A DNA stretch of 64,000 nt, from NCBI GenBank assembly GCA_002441305.1, contig DJVT01000009.1:409210-473209 (forward strand), read 5' to 3'. Under the pieces are notes generated by a model. It searched no databases. It had not been told where the DNA came from and saw only the letters and a list, made by a program, of their open reading frames with translations. Of this stretch, positions 36,307-47,321 are shown in pieces. Position 1 is the first letter of the stretch. Every line of letters begins with the position of its first letter. Source of the DNA: Candidatus Omnitrophica bacterium UBA6249. Its GTDB lineage: Bacteria; Omnitrophota; Gorgyraeia; Gygaellales; Profunditerraquicolaceae. A program made the position numbers and the translations under genes.

Positions 36307-36779
36307 TTCTTTTTCAACTCCGCGTTAATCGCCTCCATCGCAGAACACGATATATCTTTGCTGTCTTTATCCGCAGCGGAGCGCGGCGGGATATTCCTGC
36401 CGGAAGAGCCGATAAACCCTTCCACGCTGCTGACCTGCGCTTTTAAAAGCTTCGCCGAATAACGCACTTCCTTATCGTCGGAAACAACAACGATTTCCTT
36501 GCGCAAGGCGGATTTTTCGACTATCCTCTTTATCGCTTCATCCGCCTCGATCCCGCGCGAAAAGACACAAATCAGCCCCTCCCCTTCGGGCATCCTCTCT
36601 CCGGCCGGGGGATAACCGTCGAAAACAAGCACAACGCTGTTTTTCCTGCTTCCGGACAACCTGTTGCCCCTGATAAAATCTGCCAGGCGGGTCTGTATAT
36701 TGCAGGCTTTTCCCGGGCGGGGTTTAAAGCCGGGATGGTTGATCATGTTGTAGGCGTCTACGATGTACCGTAAGGACAT
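36294..36779 (-). CDS. YacP-like NYN-domain protein
   Basis: 161 aa with N-terminal [11 protein letters not shown] and VVLVFDG motifs. Confidence 0.6.
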   Translation of the reverse strand: MSLRYIVDAYNMINHPGFKPRPGKACNIQTRLADFIRGNRLSGSRKNSVVLVFDGYPPAGERMPEGEGLICVFSRGIEADEAIKRIVEKSALRKEIVVVSDDKEVRYSAKLLKAQVSSVEGFIGSSGRNIPPRSAADKDSKDISCSAMEAINAELKKKWLE

Positions 36780-37719
36780 AAAATATCCCCCCTATAGCCC
36801 CGTAAAATACTACGAAGGAAAATGAAAGGATGGAAACTGCCAAGGCCAGCTGCTTTATCACTCCCGCCTTGGCGAAATAAAACACATACAACCCTTCCCT
36901 CAACCCCAGCCCGCCCATCGAAATCGGCAGTAGGGTAATTGCGTTTATTATCGGCACAAAGATCAAATAATAAAATATGTTTATTTTTACCCCCAGGGAA
37001 AGGCCGATAAAATAAATGCTTACCGGGAAGATAAGCTGTATGGCGAAAGAGATTGCGATATTGCCGGCGATCATCTTCTTATGATTGCGGAACACATGGA
37101 TCTCCCGGTGCATATCCTTTATCGCCTCCCTGATCCTGCCCGCCCCGGGCACGGAAAGAAAACCGGATATTTTCTCATAGATGAAGCTGTTGAATAAGAG
37201 CAGGAGCACGAGAAGCAGAATGAGCACTATCGCAGAAACGGAAATAAGCACGACCCTGTCGCTTACCAACGACCCTCCCAGCAGGAAAGCCGGGATAATC
37301 ACCAGGGCCATTCCTATATAGCCGCTCAGCCTGTCCAAGAATACGGATGCGATCACCTCTTTCGCCTTACGCGTATGCGATACCAGATCCGCGGTTCTCA
37401 CCAGGTCCCCGCCTATGGTCGAGGGCAGGAATATGCTGAAGAAAACGCCTCCGCAAAAACAGCTTATAAGCTTTTTCAGGGGGATAAATATATTTACCGC
37501 TTCGAGCAGTATCTTCCAGCGCCAAAAGCTCATTACGTAAGATAATATAAAAAATGCGAATCCCACGCACAAAAGCGCCCTGTCCGCGCTTTTTATATCC
37601 CGTAACAGGGAATTAAAATCTATTTTATTGAATTTGAAAAGGATAAAAAGAAGGATAAAACTTGTCGCGATCCTGAGCAATACCGATAGAAGCTTCTTGA
37701 AACCGTCTATCTTATTCAA
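36724..37719 (-). CDS. UPF0104 / lysylphosphatidylglycerol-synthase-TM-like (flippase-like) membrane protein
   Basis: 331 aa polytopic protein with RWKILL and [10 protein letters not shown] motifs. Confidence 0.7.
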   Translation of the reverse strand: MNKIDGFKKLLSVLLRIATSFILLFILFKFNKIDFNSLLRDIKSADRALLCVGFAFFILSYVMSFWRWKILLEAVNIFIPLKKLISCFCGGVFFSIFLPSTIGGDLVRTADLVSHTRKAKEVIASVFLDRLSGYIGMALVIIPAFLLGGSLVSDRVVLISVSAIVLILLLVLLLLFNSFIYEKISGFLSVPGAGRIREAIKDMHREIHVFRNHKKMIAGNIAISFAIQLIFPVSIYFIGLSLGVKINIFYYLIFVPIINAITLLPISMGGLGLREGLYVFYFAKAGVIKQLALAVSILSFSFVVFYGAIGGIFYVLTVHRRRLQHDQPSRL

Positions 37720-38605
37720 GTTCTTTTCCTGTCAGCTTGCGGTAGGAATCCAGGTATTTATCGGTGGTCTTGGAGACTATCTCTGCGGGTAATTCGGGAG
37801 CCGGAGGCGCCTTATCCCAATCCAGGGTCTCGAGGTAATCCCTGACAAATTGCTTATCGAAGCTGGGCTGGGACCTGCCCGGCTCATATTTCTCGAGAGG
37901 CCAGAAACGGGAAGAATCCGGAGTCAATACCTCATCGATAATAATCATCTTTCCCCCGAGCATGCCGAATTCGAACTTTGTATCCGCGATAATTATCCCT
38001 TTGCCCAGGGCGTATTCGCTGGCCCTCCGGTAGATATCTATGCTCGCGCGCTTTAACTCTTCGGCCAGTTTACCGCCTACCAGCGATTCGACATAAGCCT
38101 GGTCCACATTTTCATCATGCCCGACATCAGCCTTTGTGGAAGGGGTAAATATCGGCTCGGGAAGCTTTCCGGATTCCCGCAACCCCTCGGGGAGGCGGAT
38201 AGAACAAACTGACTGTTTTTGCCTGTACTCTTTCCAGCCTGATCCGGAAAGATACCCTCTCACCACGCATTCAACCGGCAGGGGGTCTGTTTTTAAAACA
38301 AGCATGGAACGCCCGCGCAGAATCTTCTTGTATTTATTTAATTCAGGGGGGTATTCTTCTACGTTCGCGGTTATAAAATGGCTCCCGATCAGTTTTTTGA
38401 TAAAATCGAACCAGAAAACCGAAATACTCGTTAGCACCCTGCCCTTTTCAGGGATGCCCGAAGGGAGGATCACGTCAAAACATGATATCCGGTCGGTAGA
38501 GACAATTAACAGCTTATCTCCCAGGTCATAGACATCCCTCACTTTTCCCCGGCGGAAAAGTTTTAAATCCTGGAAATCGGTTCTTAACAAAAGATTATCC
38601 TTCAT
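37712..38605 (-). CDS. purC: Phosphoribosylaminoimidazole-succinocarboxamide synthase
   Basis: 297 aa. [21 protein letters not shown] and [10 protein letters not shown] are typical of SAICAR synthetase. Confidence 0.95.
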   Translation of the reverse strand: MKDNLLLRTDFQDLKLFRRGKVRDVYDLGDKLLIVSTDRISCFDVILPSGIPEKGRVLTSISVFWFDFIKKLIGSHFITANVEEYPPELNKYKKILRGRSMLVLKTDPLPVECVVRGYLSGSGWKEYRQKQSVCSIRLPEGLRESGKLPEPIFTPSTKADVGHDENVDQAYVESLVGGKLAEELKRASIDIYRRASEYALGKGIIIADTKFEFGMLGGKMIIIDEVLTPDSSRFWPLEKYEPGRSQPSFDKQFVRDYLETLDWDKAPPAPELPAEIVSKTTDKYLDSYRKLTGKELE

Positions 38606-40391
38606 ATTTCTTCAACCTGGACATCAAATCATGGTATTCGCACCAGATCTCTTCCGGCAGGTCGCTTTTGAACTCCCCGAAGAACTTATTGATCCCCTTC
38701 AGCTCATCGAGCCAATCGTTCTTTTCGACCTTCAACAGTTTTTCCAGGGATTTTTCCGGCAGGTTGAGCCCGGTCATATCTATATCAAAAGGATACGGTA
38801 CATAACCTATCGGGGTCTCCATTGCGTTCACCCTGTTATTACAGCGATCCAGTATCCATTCCAGTATCCGCAGGTTCTCGCAAAAACCGGGCCAAAGGAA
38901 CTTGCCGTGCTCGTTTGTCCTGAACCAATTGACATGGAATATCTTCGGGGGCTTATTCATAAGCTTGCCCATATCCAGCCAATGCCGGAAATAATCCGCC
39001 ATGTTATACCCGCAGAAAGGCAGCATAGCCATAGGATCTCTGCGCACCTGCCCTATTTTTCCCACCTGCGCGGCGGTTAACTCCGAGCCCATGGTCGCCC
39101 CTACAAAAACCCCGTGCTGCCAATTAAACGACTGATAAACCAGGGGAGCTACGTGCTGGCGCCTCCCCCCGAAGATTATCGCCGAAATAGGGACTCCGTG
39201 ATGCTGGTCCATCCTAAAAGAAGCGGTAGGGCAATTAGCAACGGGAGCGGTAAAGCGCGCGTTTGGATGGGCTCCTTTTACCGGATTGCCGTTTGCGTCC
39301 TTCATATTAGGCTTCCATGGGTTGCCCTTCCAGTCCACCCCCTGGCTGGGTATGTCCCCGTCCGCGCCCTCCCACCAAACGGTATTATCCTGCTTTAAAA
39401 GGACATTGGTATAAATAGTGCCTTTTTTAATCGTCTCCACCATGCTCGGATTGGTCTTTGAGTTCGTCCCAGGGGCTACCCCGAAAAATCCCGTCTCGGG
39501 GTTTATCGCCCAGAGAGAACCGTCGGAATCAACGCGCATCCAGGAGATATCATCCCCCAGGGTCCAGATCCGGTAACCTTTTTTCTTAAGCCCCTCCGGC
39601 GGGACCATCATCGCCAGGTTTGTTTTTCCGCAAGCGCTGGGAAAAGCCGCGGCTATATATTCGATATGCCCATTGGGTTTCTCGATCCCCATGATCAGCA
39701 TATGTTCGGCCATCCATTTTTCCCTTTTTGCGGCATAGCTGGCTATGCGCAAAGAAAGGCATTTTTTCCCCAAAAGGACATTCCCACCGTAACCGGAACC
39801 CACGCTCCAAATGGTATTGTCTTCCGGGAAATGCAGAATCAGCCTCTTGTTGATATCCAGCTCGGCCTTGGAATGCAGGCACTTTGTGAAATTCTCGTCC
39901 CTTTCAATCTGCCTTAAGACCGCTTCCCCGCAGCGGGTCATAATCAACATATTCAGCACCACATAACGCGAATCGGTAACCTCCACCCCTATTTTGCTGA
40001 AAGGCGACCCTACAGGCCCCATAGAAAACGGGATCACATACATAGTCCTGCCGGACATAGCGCCTTTCAATATCGCCCGGGCTTTCTCGTAGGCCTTATC
40101 CGGGGCCATCCAGTTGTTGTTCGGCCCGGCATCGTTCTTCTTCCTGGTGCAAATAAAAGTCAGGTGTTCCGTACGGGAAACATCGTCATGCGCGGTACGG
40201 TGAAGGAGACATCCCGGAAGCTTGTCCTGGTTCAAGCGCACCATCTCCCCGCTGGCCACGCTCTCCTTTTCAATAGTCATCTTCTGTTCTTCCGAACCGT
40301 CGATCCAGACAATGCGATCCGGGCAGCAAAACTTGCTTATTTTACTCACCCAGTCGATTAATTTTTTACTGGTAGTGGGAAAATTCTCCAT
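38595..40391 (-). CDS. pckG: Phosphoenolpyruvate carboxykinase (GTP)
   Basis: The ATG at 40391 lies 2 nt after the trxB stop, with an AGGAG upstream. [10 protein letters not shown] and other GTP-PEPCK motifs are present. The track start 40493 overlaps trxB. Confidence 0.95.
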   Translation of the reverse strand: MENFPTTSKKLIDWVSKISKFCCPDRIVWIDGSEEQKMTIEKESVASGEMVRLNQDKLPGCLLHRTAHDDVSRTEHLTFICTRKKNDAGPNNNWMAPDKAYEKARAILKGAMSGRTMYVIPFSMGPVGSPFSKIGVEVTDSRYVVLNMLIMTRCGEAVLRQIERDENFTKCLHSKAELDINKRLILHFPEDNTIWSVGSGYGGNVLLGKKCLSLRIASYAAKREKWMAEHMLIMGIEKPNGHIEYIAAAFPSACGKTNLAMMVPPEGLKKKGYRIWTLGDDISWMRVDSDGSLWAINPETGFFGVAPGTNSKTNPSMVETIKKGTIYTNVLLKQDNTVWWEGADGDIPSQGVDWKGNPWKPNMKDANGNPVKGAHPNARFTAPVANCPTASFRMDQHHGVPISAIIFGGRRQHVAPLVYQSFNWQHGVFVGATMGSELTAAQVGKIGQVRRDPMAMLPFCGYNMADYFRHWLDMGKLMNKPPKIFHVNWFRTNEHGKFLWPGFCENLRILEWILDRCNNRVNAMETPIGYVPYPFDIDMTGLNLPEKSLEKLLKVEKNDWLDELKGINKFFGEFKSDLPEEIWCEYHDLMSRLKKYEG

Positions 40392-40393
40392 TT

Positions 40394-41314
40394 TTATCTG
40401 CTCCTGTCCGCGATGAATTTGTACGCGGAATCGGCCGCCACAGCCCCATCCCCGCACGCGTTTATTACCTGATAAAGGCTCTTCTTGCGGCAATCACCGC
40501 AAGCAAACACCCCTTCAGCCGATGTGAGCATCGCTTCATCGGTAATTATAAAACCTGCTTCATCCATATCTATTTTTCCTTTTAGAAACTGGGTTTCCGG
40601 CTCGTAACCCACGCAGACAAAAACTCCGTCGCAGGCAAAATCAATCTCTCCTCCGCTGATAAGATCTTTTATCCTTACGGATTCTACGCTCTTTCCCCCA
40701 TTGATTCCGTTAACCAGGCTGCTCAAAATAAAATTTATCTTTTTTTCTTTGCGCATCTTCTCCTGAAGTATCTGGGAGGCGCGCATCTCCTGCCTGCGGT
40801 GGACCACGCTCACAGAATCTGCAAAACGCGTCAAATACAGCGCCTCTTCCGCCACGGCATTCCCTCCTCCTACAAGCACCACTTTTTTCCCTTTGTAAAA
40901 AGGCCCGTCGCAAGTGGCGCAATAAGACACCCCGCGCCCCGTATACTCCTTTTCTCCCGGCACGTTCAATTTACGGTAATGCGCGCCCGAGGCAATAATC
41001 AGGGCCCCGAAAGAGTACTCGCCCCCCGAAGTTATTATCTTACTGCCGGAACAATCCAGGCCGGTAACTTCATCGTTCTCGAACTTTATCCCCAAATCCT
41101 TAACCTGGTTTTCCATGCGCCCAATCAATTCGACAGTAGTCACCCCTCCGGGAAAACCCGGATAATTTTCGATAGCCTCGCTCATCAGTATCCTGCCGCC
41201 AGTTGCCATCTTCTCGATAATAAGAGTATCCAGACGGCTGCGCCCAGCGTATAAAGCAGCAGTAAGCCCGGCCGGCCCTGCCCCGATAATAATCAAATCG
41301 CGCTTATTGTCCAT
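40394..41314 (-). CDS. trxB: Thioredoxin-disulfide reductase
   Basis: 306 aa with GAGPAG, the redox-active CATCDG, and GGGNAV. Confidence 0.95.
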   Translation of the reverse strand: MDNKRDLIIIGAGPAGLTAALYAGRSRLDTLIIEKMATGGRILMSEAIENYPGFPGGVTTVELIGRMENQVKDLGIKFENDEVTGLDCSGSKIITSGGEYSFGALIIASGAHYRKLNVPGEKEYTGRGVSYCATCDGPFYKGKKVVLVGGGNAVAEEALYLTRFADSVSVVHRRQEMRASQILQEKMRKEKKINFILSSLVNGINGGKSVESVRIKDLISGGEIDFACDGVFVCVGYEPETQFLKGKIDMDEAGFIITDEAMLTSAEGVFACGDCRKKSLYQVINACGDGAVAADSAYKFIADRSR

Positions 41315-41320
41315 GTTTTC

Positions 41321-41839
41321 CTATATCTTCAGTTTGGCATCTGAAACGGCGGACTTCGCCGCCGCAAGTTTCTTTTTAATCCTGGCCCTGCTTAAAAAAG
41401 ACGCGTAATCCACGATAAGTTTGCCGTCCAGATGGTCTATCTCATGCTGGAGCACGCACGCAAAAAGATCCCTGGCGTGCAGCTTGACTTCCAGGTTGTT
41501 TTCGTTAACCGCCTCAACCCAGACCTCCCTGGCGCGCCTTACCTTGACGCACGCCCCGGGCACGCTTAAACACCCTTCCTGGATAGCCTGGTTCCCCTGG
41601 CGTTTGATTATTTTCGGATTGACCAGTTTATGCAACCCGTCCCCTATATCCACCACGATCATCTGCGAACTCACTCCAAGCTGAGGAGCTGCCAGGCCGA
41701 TACCGGAATTGATGTACATCGACTCGGCCATGGAATTAAGCAGCTTCCTGGTATCATCGGTAACCTCTTTTACCGGCTTGGCCTTTCTTCTCAATACGGG
41801 ATCCCCGTAAGTCTTAATTTTTAATCTGGTTTCTGCCAT
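41321..41839 (-). CDS. def: Peptide deformylase
   Basis: 172 aa with GIGLAAPQ, EGCLS and HEIDH motifs. It ends in TAG, showing TAG is a normal stop codon here. Confidence 0.95.
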   Translation of the reverse strand: MAETRLKIKTYGDPVLRRKAKPVKEVTDDTRKLLNSMAESMYINSGIGLAAPQLGVSSQMIVVDIGDGLHKLVNPKIIKRQGNQAIQEGCLSVPGACVKVRRAREVWVEAVNENNLEVKLHARDLFACVLQHEIDHLDGKLIVDYASFLSRARIKKKLAAAKSAVSDAKLKI

Positions 41840-42164
41840 CTACTTTTATAATTTTAGGTTTGTTTTGCCCGGCAAGCTGATCCTCCGCCAGGATATAAGA
41901 GAGTATTATCACCTGGTCTCCCGGACAAACCCCTCTTGCGGCAGGGCCGTTAAGACAAATTATCCCGCTTCCGGCTTCCCCTTTGATGACATACGTCTCT
42001 ATCCTGTCCCCGTTGTTCAAATTGAGCACCTCCACCTTCTCGTACTCAAGCATGTCCGCCGCTTTGATCAGATCGGCGTCAATGGTAATACTGCCCTCGT
42101 AATAAAGGTTAGCTTCGGTGACCGTCGCCCGGTGTATCTTCGATTTTAACATAGTTCTCAACAT
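41814..42164 (-). CDS. panD: Aspartate 1-decarboxylase
   Basis: 116 aa. MLKSKIHRATVTEANLYYEGSITID includes the self-processing G-S site. Confidence 0.95.
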   Translation of the reverse strand: MLRTMLKSKIHRATVTEANLYYEGSITIDADLIKAADMLEYEKVEVLNLNNGDRIETYVIKGEAGSGIICLNGPAARGVCPGDQVIILSYILAEDQLAGQNKPKIIKVDGRNQIKN

Positions 42165-42165
42165 C

Positions 42166-43221
42166 TTATCTCCTTATCAACTTATAAGTCTGGCGGGCGA
42201 TCATCAATTCTTCATTGGTCGATACGACCAGGACCCGGGGCTTCTTCTTGAACAAAGAGAATAAACCGCAACAGACTCTTTCTCTTATCATAGACTGGTT
42301 TTCTCCGATCCCCGCAGTAAACACCAGGGCATCCAAGCCGCCCAGGACCGACATATAAGCCCCGATATATTTCCTGATTTTGTAAATAAAGATATCTATC
42401 GCCAGCCTGGCACGCTTATTCCCCGCTCTGGCCTTAAGCTCTAAAGGGCGCATATCATTACTCACCCCGGATATACCTTTAAGCCCGCTCTCCCTGTTCA
42501 AGATACGCTCCATATTCTGGGCATCCAGCCTTTCTCTCCGCATGATATGAGTCACCAAGGCAGGGTCTATATCCCCGCAACGGGTACCCATAACCAGCCC
42601 TTCAAGCGGGGTAAAACCCATACTCGTATCTACAGACCTCCCCTTATCGATAGCGGTAATACTACACCCGTTTCCCAAATGGCAGCTTATCAGCTTTATT
42701 TTGTTCAAAGGCCTGCGCAGAATCTTTGCGGCTTCCATTGCCACATATTCATGGCTGGTGCCGTGAAAACCGTATTTTCTTATTTTCAGCCTCTGGTAAT
42801 AATCGTAAGGCAGGCCGTATACATACGCATAATCCGGGATAGTCTGGTGGAAAGCCGTATCAAATACAACCACTTGCCTGACCCCGGGAAGCAATTTCTG
42901 ACAGGCGTTTATACCGGCCAGGTTTGCCGGGTTGTGCAAAGGGGCGATCGTACTGCATTCCTTGATCCCGTTTATCACCTCGGGAGTGACCTTAACCGGC
43001 TTCTTAAACCTCTCGGCGCCGTGGACTACCCGGTGGCCTACCGCATCGACAGAGTCCATTTTTTCCAGGATGGTCTTCAATCCGGCAAAATGATTCTCGA
43101 ACTTCGAGCCAGATTCACCTATATGTTCGATGTTCCCCTTTGAGATCAAAGATTCCTCGGGCATCTCAAAAAGCTTGTATTTTATGGAAGAGCTTCCGCT
43201 GTTGATAACCAGGATTTTCAT
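42166..43221 (-). CDS. ackA: Acetate kinase
   Basis: The ATG at 43221 overlaps the pta stop (TAATG). MKILVINSGSSSIKYKLF, GHRVVHG and FTAGIGEN motifs are present. The track start 43341 is over-extended. Confidence 0.9.
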   Translation of the reverse strand: MKILVINSGSSSIKYKLFEMPEESLISKGNIEHIGESGSKFENHFAGLKTILEKMDSVDAVGHRVVHGAERFKKPVKVTPEVINGIKECSTIAPLHNPANLAGINACQKLLPGVRQVVVFDTAFHQTIPDYAYVYGLPYDYYQRLKIRKYGFHGTSHEYVAMEAAKILRRPLNKIKLISCHLGNGCSITAIDKGRSVDTSMGFTPLEGLVMGTRCGDIDPALVTHIMRRERLDAQNMERILNRESGLKGISGVSNDMRPLELKARAGNKRARLAIDIFIYKIRKYIGAYMSVLGGLDALVFTAGIGENQSMIRERVCCGLFSLFKKKPRVLVVSTNEELMIARQTYKLIRR

Positions 43222-44150
43222 TATTGTGCCCTTGTCGCTGAAACAGCCACGCTGTCGACTATATCCTGCGCGAAGCAGCCGCGGGACAGATCGCTCGCCG
43301 GTTTGTTCAATCCTAAAAATAAAGGCCCTATAGCCCTGCACCCGCTGAGCCTTTGGGAAAGCTTATAGCTTATATTGCCGGCCTCGAGATTCGGGAAAAT
43401 TAACACGTTGGCCCGGCCCTTTATCGGGCTGCCGGGGCATTTAATCGCCGCCACTTCTGGGACGATCGCCGCATCCGCCTGCAGCTCCCCATCGGCAAGT
43501 ATATCCGGGGCCTGTGCCCTTAGAAGCGACAAAGCTTCGGATATCTTTTCCGCCGATTTCGTCCTGGCCGAACCTTTTGTGGAATAACTCAGAAAAGCCA
43601 CGCGCGGGGTAATATTCAATACCTTGCCCGCCAGCTCCGCAGCAGTCAAGGCGATGCAGGATAATTGGCGCGCGTTCGGGTCAGGGATAATTCCGCAATC
43701 CGCATAAATAAAAGTACCGTTTTCCCCGTATTGGTTACCCGGTAAGTCCATAATAAAACAGCTTGAAGCAATGGTAAAACGCTCATCAAGCCCTATGCAT
43801 CTGATACAGGCACGCGCTACATCCGCCGTAGTATGGGATGCGCCTGCGACCAGGCCGTCCGCCTTCCCTTCGCGGGTCATCATCGCAGCATAATATAAAT
43901 TATCCGAGAAAAGTCTTTTTACCTCTTCCAGGCTGATATCCTTAGACTGGTAAAGTTTGTAATACTGGCCTATATAATCATCGAGCTTGGCCTTATCGAC
44001 CAAATCAGGGGTCAGCACGATAGACTTGGCTATTTTTTCCTCCTCGACGATACGCGCCGCCTCGGCAGTGCGTTTATCCTCGTACTCCGGCAGGACTATG
44101 GTCATCAGTTTTCTCTTGGCCAGGTTACGAATACGATTGAGCGCATCCAT
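43221..44150 (-). CDS. pta: Phosphate acetyltransferase (PTA_PTB domain only)
   Basis: 309 aa with IVLPEYEDKRTAEAA and the rest of a short-form Pta. Confidence 0.9.
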   Translation of the reverse strand: MDALNRIRNLAKRKLMTIVLPEYEDKRTAEAARIVEEEKIAKSIVLTPDLVDKAKLDDYIGQYYKLYQSKDISLEEVKRLFSDNLYYAAMMTREGKADGLVAGASHTTADVARACIRCIGLDERFTIASSCFIMDLPGNQYGENGTFIYADCGIIPDPNARQLSCIALTAAELAGKVLNITPRVAFLSYSTKGSARTKSAEKISEALSLLRAQAPDILADGELQADAAIVPEVAAIKCPGSPIKGRANVLIFPNLEAGNISYKLSQRLSGCRAIGPLFLGLNKPASDLSRGCFAQDIVDSVAVSATRAQ

Positions 44151-44151
44151 A

Positions 44152-45240
44152 TCAAATTCCTTTCAAAATTTTGTCAAAATTCACGTTTTCTTTTATCAAT
44201 TTTATCGCGGTATCGATCTTCTCCCTGTCATAGGGGCGGATCTTTACCGTAAGGTCATGCACGCATGTAGCCACGTCATAAGTATCCGACTTTGCCAGCA
44301 AAACAGGTATCCCCGCCTTCTCCAGGAGGCTCATAACCGGCAGGGCCGGCATAATCCCCCCGGTTAAGATCATCCCACATATCTTGAGTTTATCGTTTTC
44401 CGGCTTGTCAAAAGAATTCAATCCGCAAACAATCATATCTTCGCGGTCCCCGGGAGTTATCATAAGGCTATCCTCACTGATATACCGTGCCGCGTCGCGC
44501 GCCTCCATTGCCGCTACGATCACCTTGGCCACGGAACGTTCCAGATACTCCTTGCCGCAAAGCACCTGGAAATCAGTTTCCTCCAGGATTTGTTTAAAGG
44601 TGGGCCGGGCAAGCAAAGGGCTAAAAGGCAAAACCCCTAAAACATCTATGCCTTTTCTCTCAAGCCCCTTTCTTACCAGGCGGCTTATTCTGTCAAATTT
44701 GTCCGGCAGGACTTTATTTACAATCACTCCCAGGACCTTGACGCCTTCCTTCTCAAAAAGAGCTTTATTCAGGACGATTTCGTCGATCGGCCGGCCTACC
44801 CCGCCGGAAGATATGATGATTACCTTAGAGCCCAAAAGCTTTGCTACCGAAGCGTTGGAGTGGTCGAACACCGATCCCACTCCCGCATGCCCGGTGCCTT
44901 CGATTACCACCAGCTTCTGGTTTTTGGAAATCCTTCGGAAGGAGTCTTTTATTTGCCCGGATATATTTTTCTTATCCGGTTTCGCGATATACTTTTCGGT
45001 AAAACCCTTATCTACCGCTATAGGGCTCATATCCTTAAGCCCCGACTTGATGCCGCAGACTTCCTCGATGAGCACGGAATCCTCATCGACCTTCTGCCCC
45101 TCCTCCTCAAGGTATCTCTGACCGATGGGTTTTATAAAACCCACTTTTCCGAATTTTTCCTGCAGGTTCTTTATTATTCCCAAAGAAACCGTGGTCTTGC
45201 CGTCATTCTGTTTGGTGGCGGCGATGAATATCTTCTGCAT
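44152..45240 (-). CDS. P-loop (BioD/CobQ-like) plus DRTGG-domain protein, corresponding to the N-terminal part of long-form Pta
   Basis: 362 aa with an IFIAATKQNDGKTTVSLG P-loop and a C-terminal ITPGDREDMI (DRTGG-like). Lies 1 nt upstream of pta. Confidence 0.75.
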   Translation of the reverse strand: MQKIFIAATKQNDGKTTVSLGIIKNLQEKFGKVGFIKPIGQRYLEEEGQKVDEDSVLIEEVCGIKSGLKDMSPIAVDKGFTEKYIAKPDKKNISGQIKDSFRRISKNQKLVVIEGTGHAGVGSVFDHSNASVAKLLGSKVIIISSGGVGRPIDEIVLNKALFEKEGVKVLGVIVNKVLPDKFDRISRLVRKGLERKGIDVLGVLPFSPLLARPTFKQILEETDFQVLCGKEYLERSVAKVIVAAMEARDAARYISEDSLMITPGDREDMIVCGLNSFDKPENDKLKICGMILTGGIMPALPVMSLLEKAGIPVLLAKSDTYDVATCVHDLTVKIRPYDREKIDTAIKLIKENVNFDKILKGI

Positions 45241-45560
45241 TACAGGTTTTCTTCTATCTTCCGCTTTAGGTCTGCCTTGCTTACGGCTCCCACAACCTGA
45301 TTTATAACTTTACCACCGTTAAAAAATATCAACGTCGGTATGGACATTACCCCGTATTCGGTGGCAATCCTGGGGTTGGCATCCACATCTATCTTGCCTA
45401 TTTTTACCCTGCCTGAATAATCCTTGGCCAATTCGTCTACGTGCGGAGCGATCATTTTACAGGGGCCGCACCAACTGGCCCAGAAATCGACTAAAACCGG
45501 CTGCGTAGATTCCAGCACCTCTTTCTTAAAATTGGCATCCGTAAAATGCAGTGCGCTCAT
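45240..45560 (-). CDS. trxA: Thioredoxin
   Basis: 106 aa with the WCGPCK active site. Confidence 0.95.
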   Translation of the reverse strand: MSALHFTDANFKKEVLESTQPVLVDFWASWCGPCKMIAPHVDELAKDYSGRVKIGKIDVDANPRIATEYGVMSIPTLIFFNGGKVINQVVGAVSKADLKRKIEENL

Positions 45561-45662
45561 AGTTGAGATCCTTTACTTTAAAGAGTTAATAAATTGGCAG
45601 GCTTTTATAAAGTATCACAAACACGGGGCAATTGCAAGATTTTTTAGGTTAAGAGGGGTGAT

Positions 45663-47222
45663 TTAACGGTCCCGGGAAGCCATTATTTTCAATTGTTCGG
45701 AATAATACCCGCACGTGAGAGAATCGAGCGAAGCGGTAAGCTCCTCTATCCTTAATTGCTTATCGAACCTTTTCTTTCTTTCGTCTATAGACAGGCCGTC
45801 CAGCTCGGACTTGGCTCTCAACCGTTCGAAATAGAGCTTGTTTACCTGGTCAAGGATATCCTCCCTTAATTCCACCATAAGCCTGGAGCGCACGTCAATA
45901 CTGGTCTGGGCTTCATTCCATATCAAGTCTCCCAAATCCCAAGTCAAGGAAATATCCCAGTCTATGCTCCCCCTGCCCCGGCGCAGGCAATCGTCTTCAG
46001 GCCTTGAAGAAGAACCGCTCTCCCAGTGCCAAAGGTCGGTTGAATTACTGTCGATGCCGACGGCCAGCTTGGGCAGCAGCGCCTTTTTGGCCGCTAAATC
46101 CCTCCAGGAGGATATCTTCTCCTGGCTTACCTCGGCATATTTTATCGCAGCCTTTTGCACATCCCTTATATCCGGCTCTTCCTCAAGATACCCCTCTAAC
46201 AGGACGCTGCCCCCGTATTTTTTTGCGGGCTTTCCGCAAAACAACCTATCCTTTGAAGCCGCGTATATATAACCGTTGTCCTTGGCCGCATAAATACAAT
46301 TCAACTTACCCGAAGGAAGCCCCACGGAAAACTCTGACCAATGCCCCGCCTCAAACACGAAAATACCGGTGCCCGTAAGCGCAAACAGCCTTGAATCCGC
46401 GGAAACCTCCAGCGCCTTCACCACACCATCCAACAACCCGTGCCCGGTCACTCCCGTCCAGCTGTCCCCATGATCCATGCTCTTATAAATTCCTTCGCTG
46501 CAAGAAAAATACGCGCAGCCGGGTATATTAGGATCGATCCGCACCGAACAGGCGCCGAAAGCGCAAATATCCTCATCATCTCCGCCCTCTCCAAGAGTTT
46601 CTTCTTCCCTATTCCCGCTCCTGCTCCTTACAAACACACGTGACCAGCTGCATCCTCTGTCAACCGACCTAAATACGCCTCCCGGCGAAACAAAAAACAC
46701 CTCTTCCCCGTTCGTAACGATATCCAACACGGGATCTTCGCCCGACCCCGTATTTATCTTTCCCCAGCTTTTCCCTTTGTCGTTACTTACAAAAAGTCCG
46801 CGGGCGGTTCCGGAAAAAATTCTTCCCCGGGATGCAGATACACTTATGCATTTCTTTTCCATTCCCTCCCTGCCGCTAAAAATCCTCTCCCTGTGTTTAC
46901 CAAGGCTGCTCAAGCGGTACAAACCGTCATCCGTAGCCGCATAAAGAACATCGGGATATTCAATATCTATTTCCAGATCGTTAATCATCCTGGAGCCCCC
47001 TCTTAAAGATACTGCTCTCTGCCAACTCTCCCCTCCATCTGAACTTTTCATAATATCTCCGCTTCCGCATCCCGCAAAAAGCACCATGCCCCCGGAAAAC
47101 GCCAAAACTGTATTTATCTCCTTTTCCCCGCATATCGCCTCCCAGGAGACCTCATCCGCTTCAAGCGTCCCCGCCACAAAAATCATCAACGCCGTCAAAA
47201 GCACAAAAACCTTTGTCCTCAT
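45663..47222 (-). CDS. Secreted BNR/Asp-box repeat protein
   Basis: 519 aa with a signal peptide and four SxDxGxSW boxes (SSDGGESW, SNDKGKSW, SVDRGCSW, SMDHGDSW). The C-terminal helical region is of unknown function. Confidence 0.7.
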   Translation of the reverse strand: MRTKVFVLLTALMIFVAGTLEADEVSWEAICGEKEINTVLAFSGGMVLFAGCGSGDIMKSSDGGESWQRAVSLRGGSRMINDLEIDIEYPDVLYAATDDGLYRLSSLGKHRERIFSGREGMEKKCISVSASRGRIFSGTARGLFVSNDKGKSWGKINTGSGEDPVLDIVTNGEEVFFVSPGGVFRSVDRGCSWSRVFVRSRSGNREEETLGEGGDDEDICAFGACSVRIDPNIPGCAYFSCSEGIYKSMDHGDSWTGVTGHGLLDGVVKALEVSADSRLFALTGTGIFVFEAGHWSEFSVGLPSGKLNCIYAAKDNGYIYAASKDRLFCGKPAKKYGGSVLLEGYLEEEPDIRDVQKAAIKYAEVSQEKISSWRDLAAKKALLPKLAVGIDSNSTDLWHWESGSSSRPEDDCLRRGRGSIDWDISLTWDLGDLIWNEAQTSIDVRSRLMVELREDILDQVNKLYFERLRAKSELDGLSIDERKKRFDKQLRIEELTASLDSLTCGYYSEQLKIMASRDR

Positions 47223-47270
47223 TCTGCACCTCCTGGCATAATTGACGCAGAAAGAGGAAAGAATCTAACC

Positions 47271-47301
47271 AAAAAAAACGCCCCTTGAAAGGGGCGTTTT
47301 T
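47271..47301 (-). terminator. Intrinsic terminator ending the riboswitch-controlled mini-operon
   Basis: On the minus strand: AAAAACGCCCCUUUCAAGGGGCGUUUUUUUU, a GC stem (47279-84 / 47291-96) followed by a U-tract. Confidence 0.85.
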
Positions 47302-47321
47302 ACCGGAAGCTGTATTTCCTG

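Noticed and set aside
43221-45240. The split pta, considered as a frameshifted pseudogene.
   Set aside because: Both ORFs have clean starts and stops. The catalytic part begins like normal short-form Pta (IVLPEYEDKRTAEAA), and the junction is a tidy 1-nt gap, consistent with two genuine genes.
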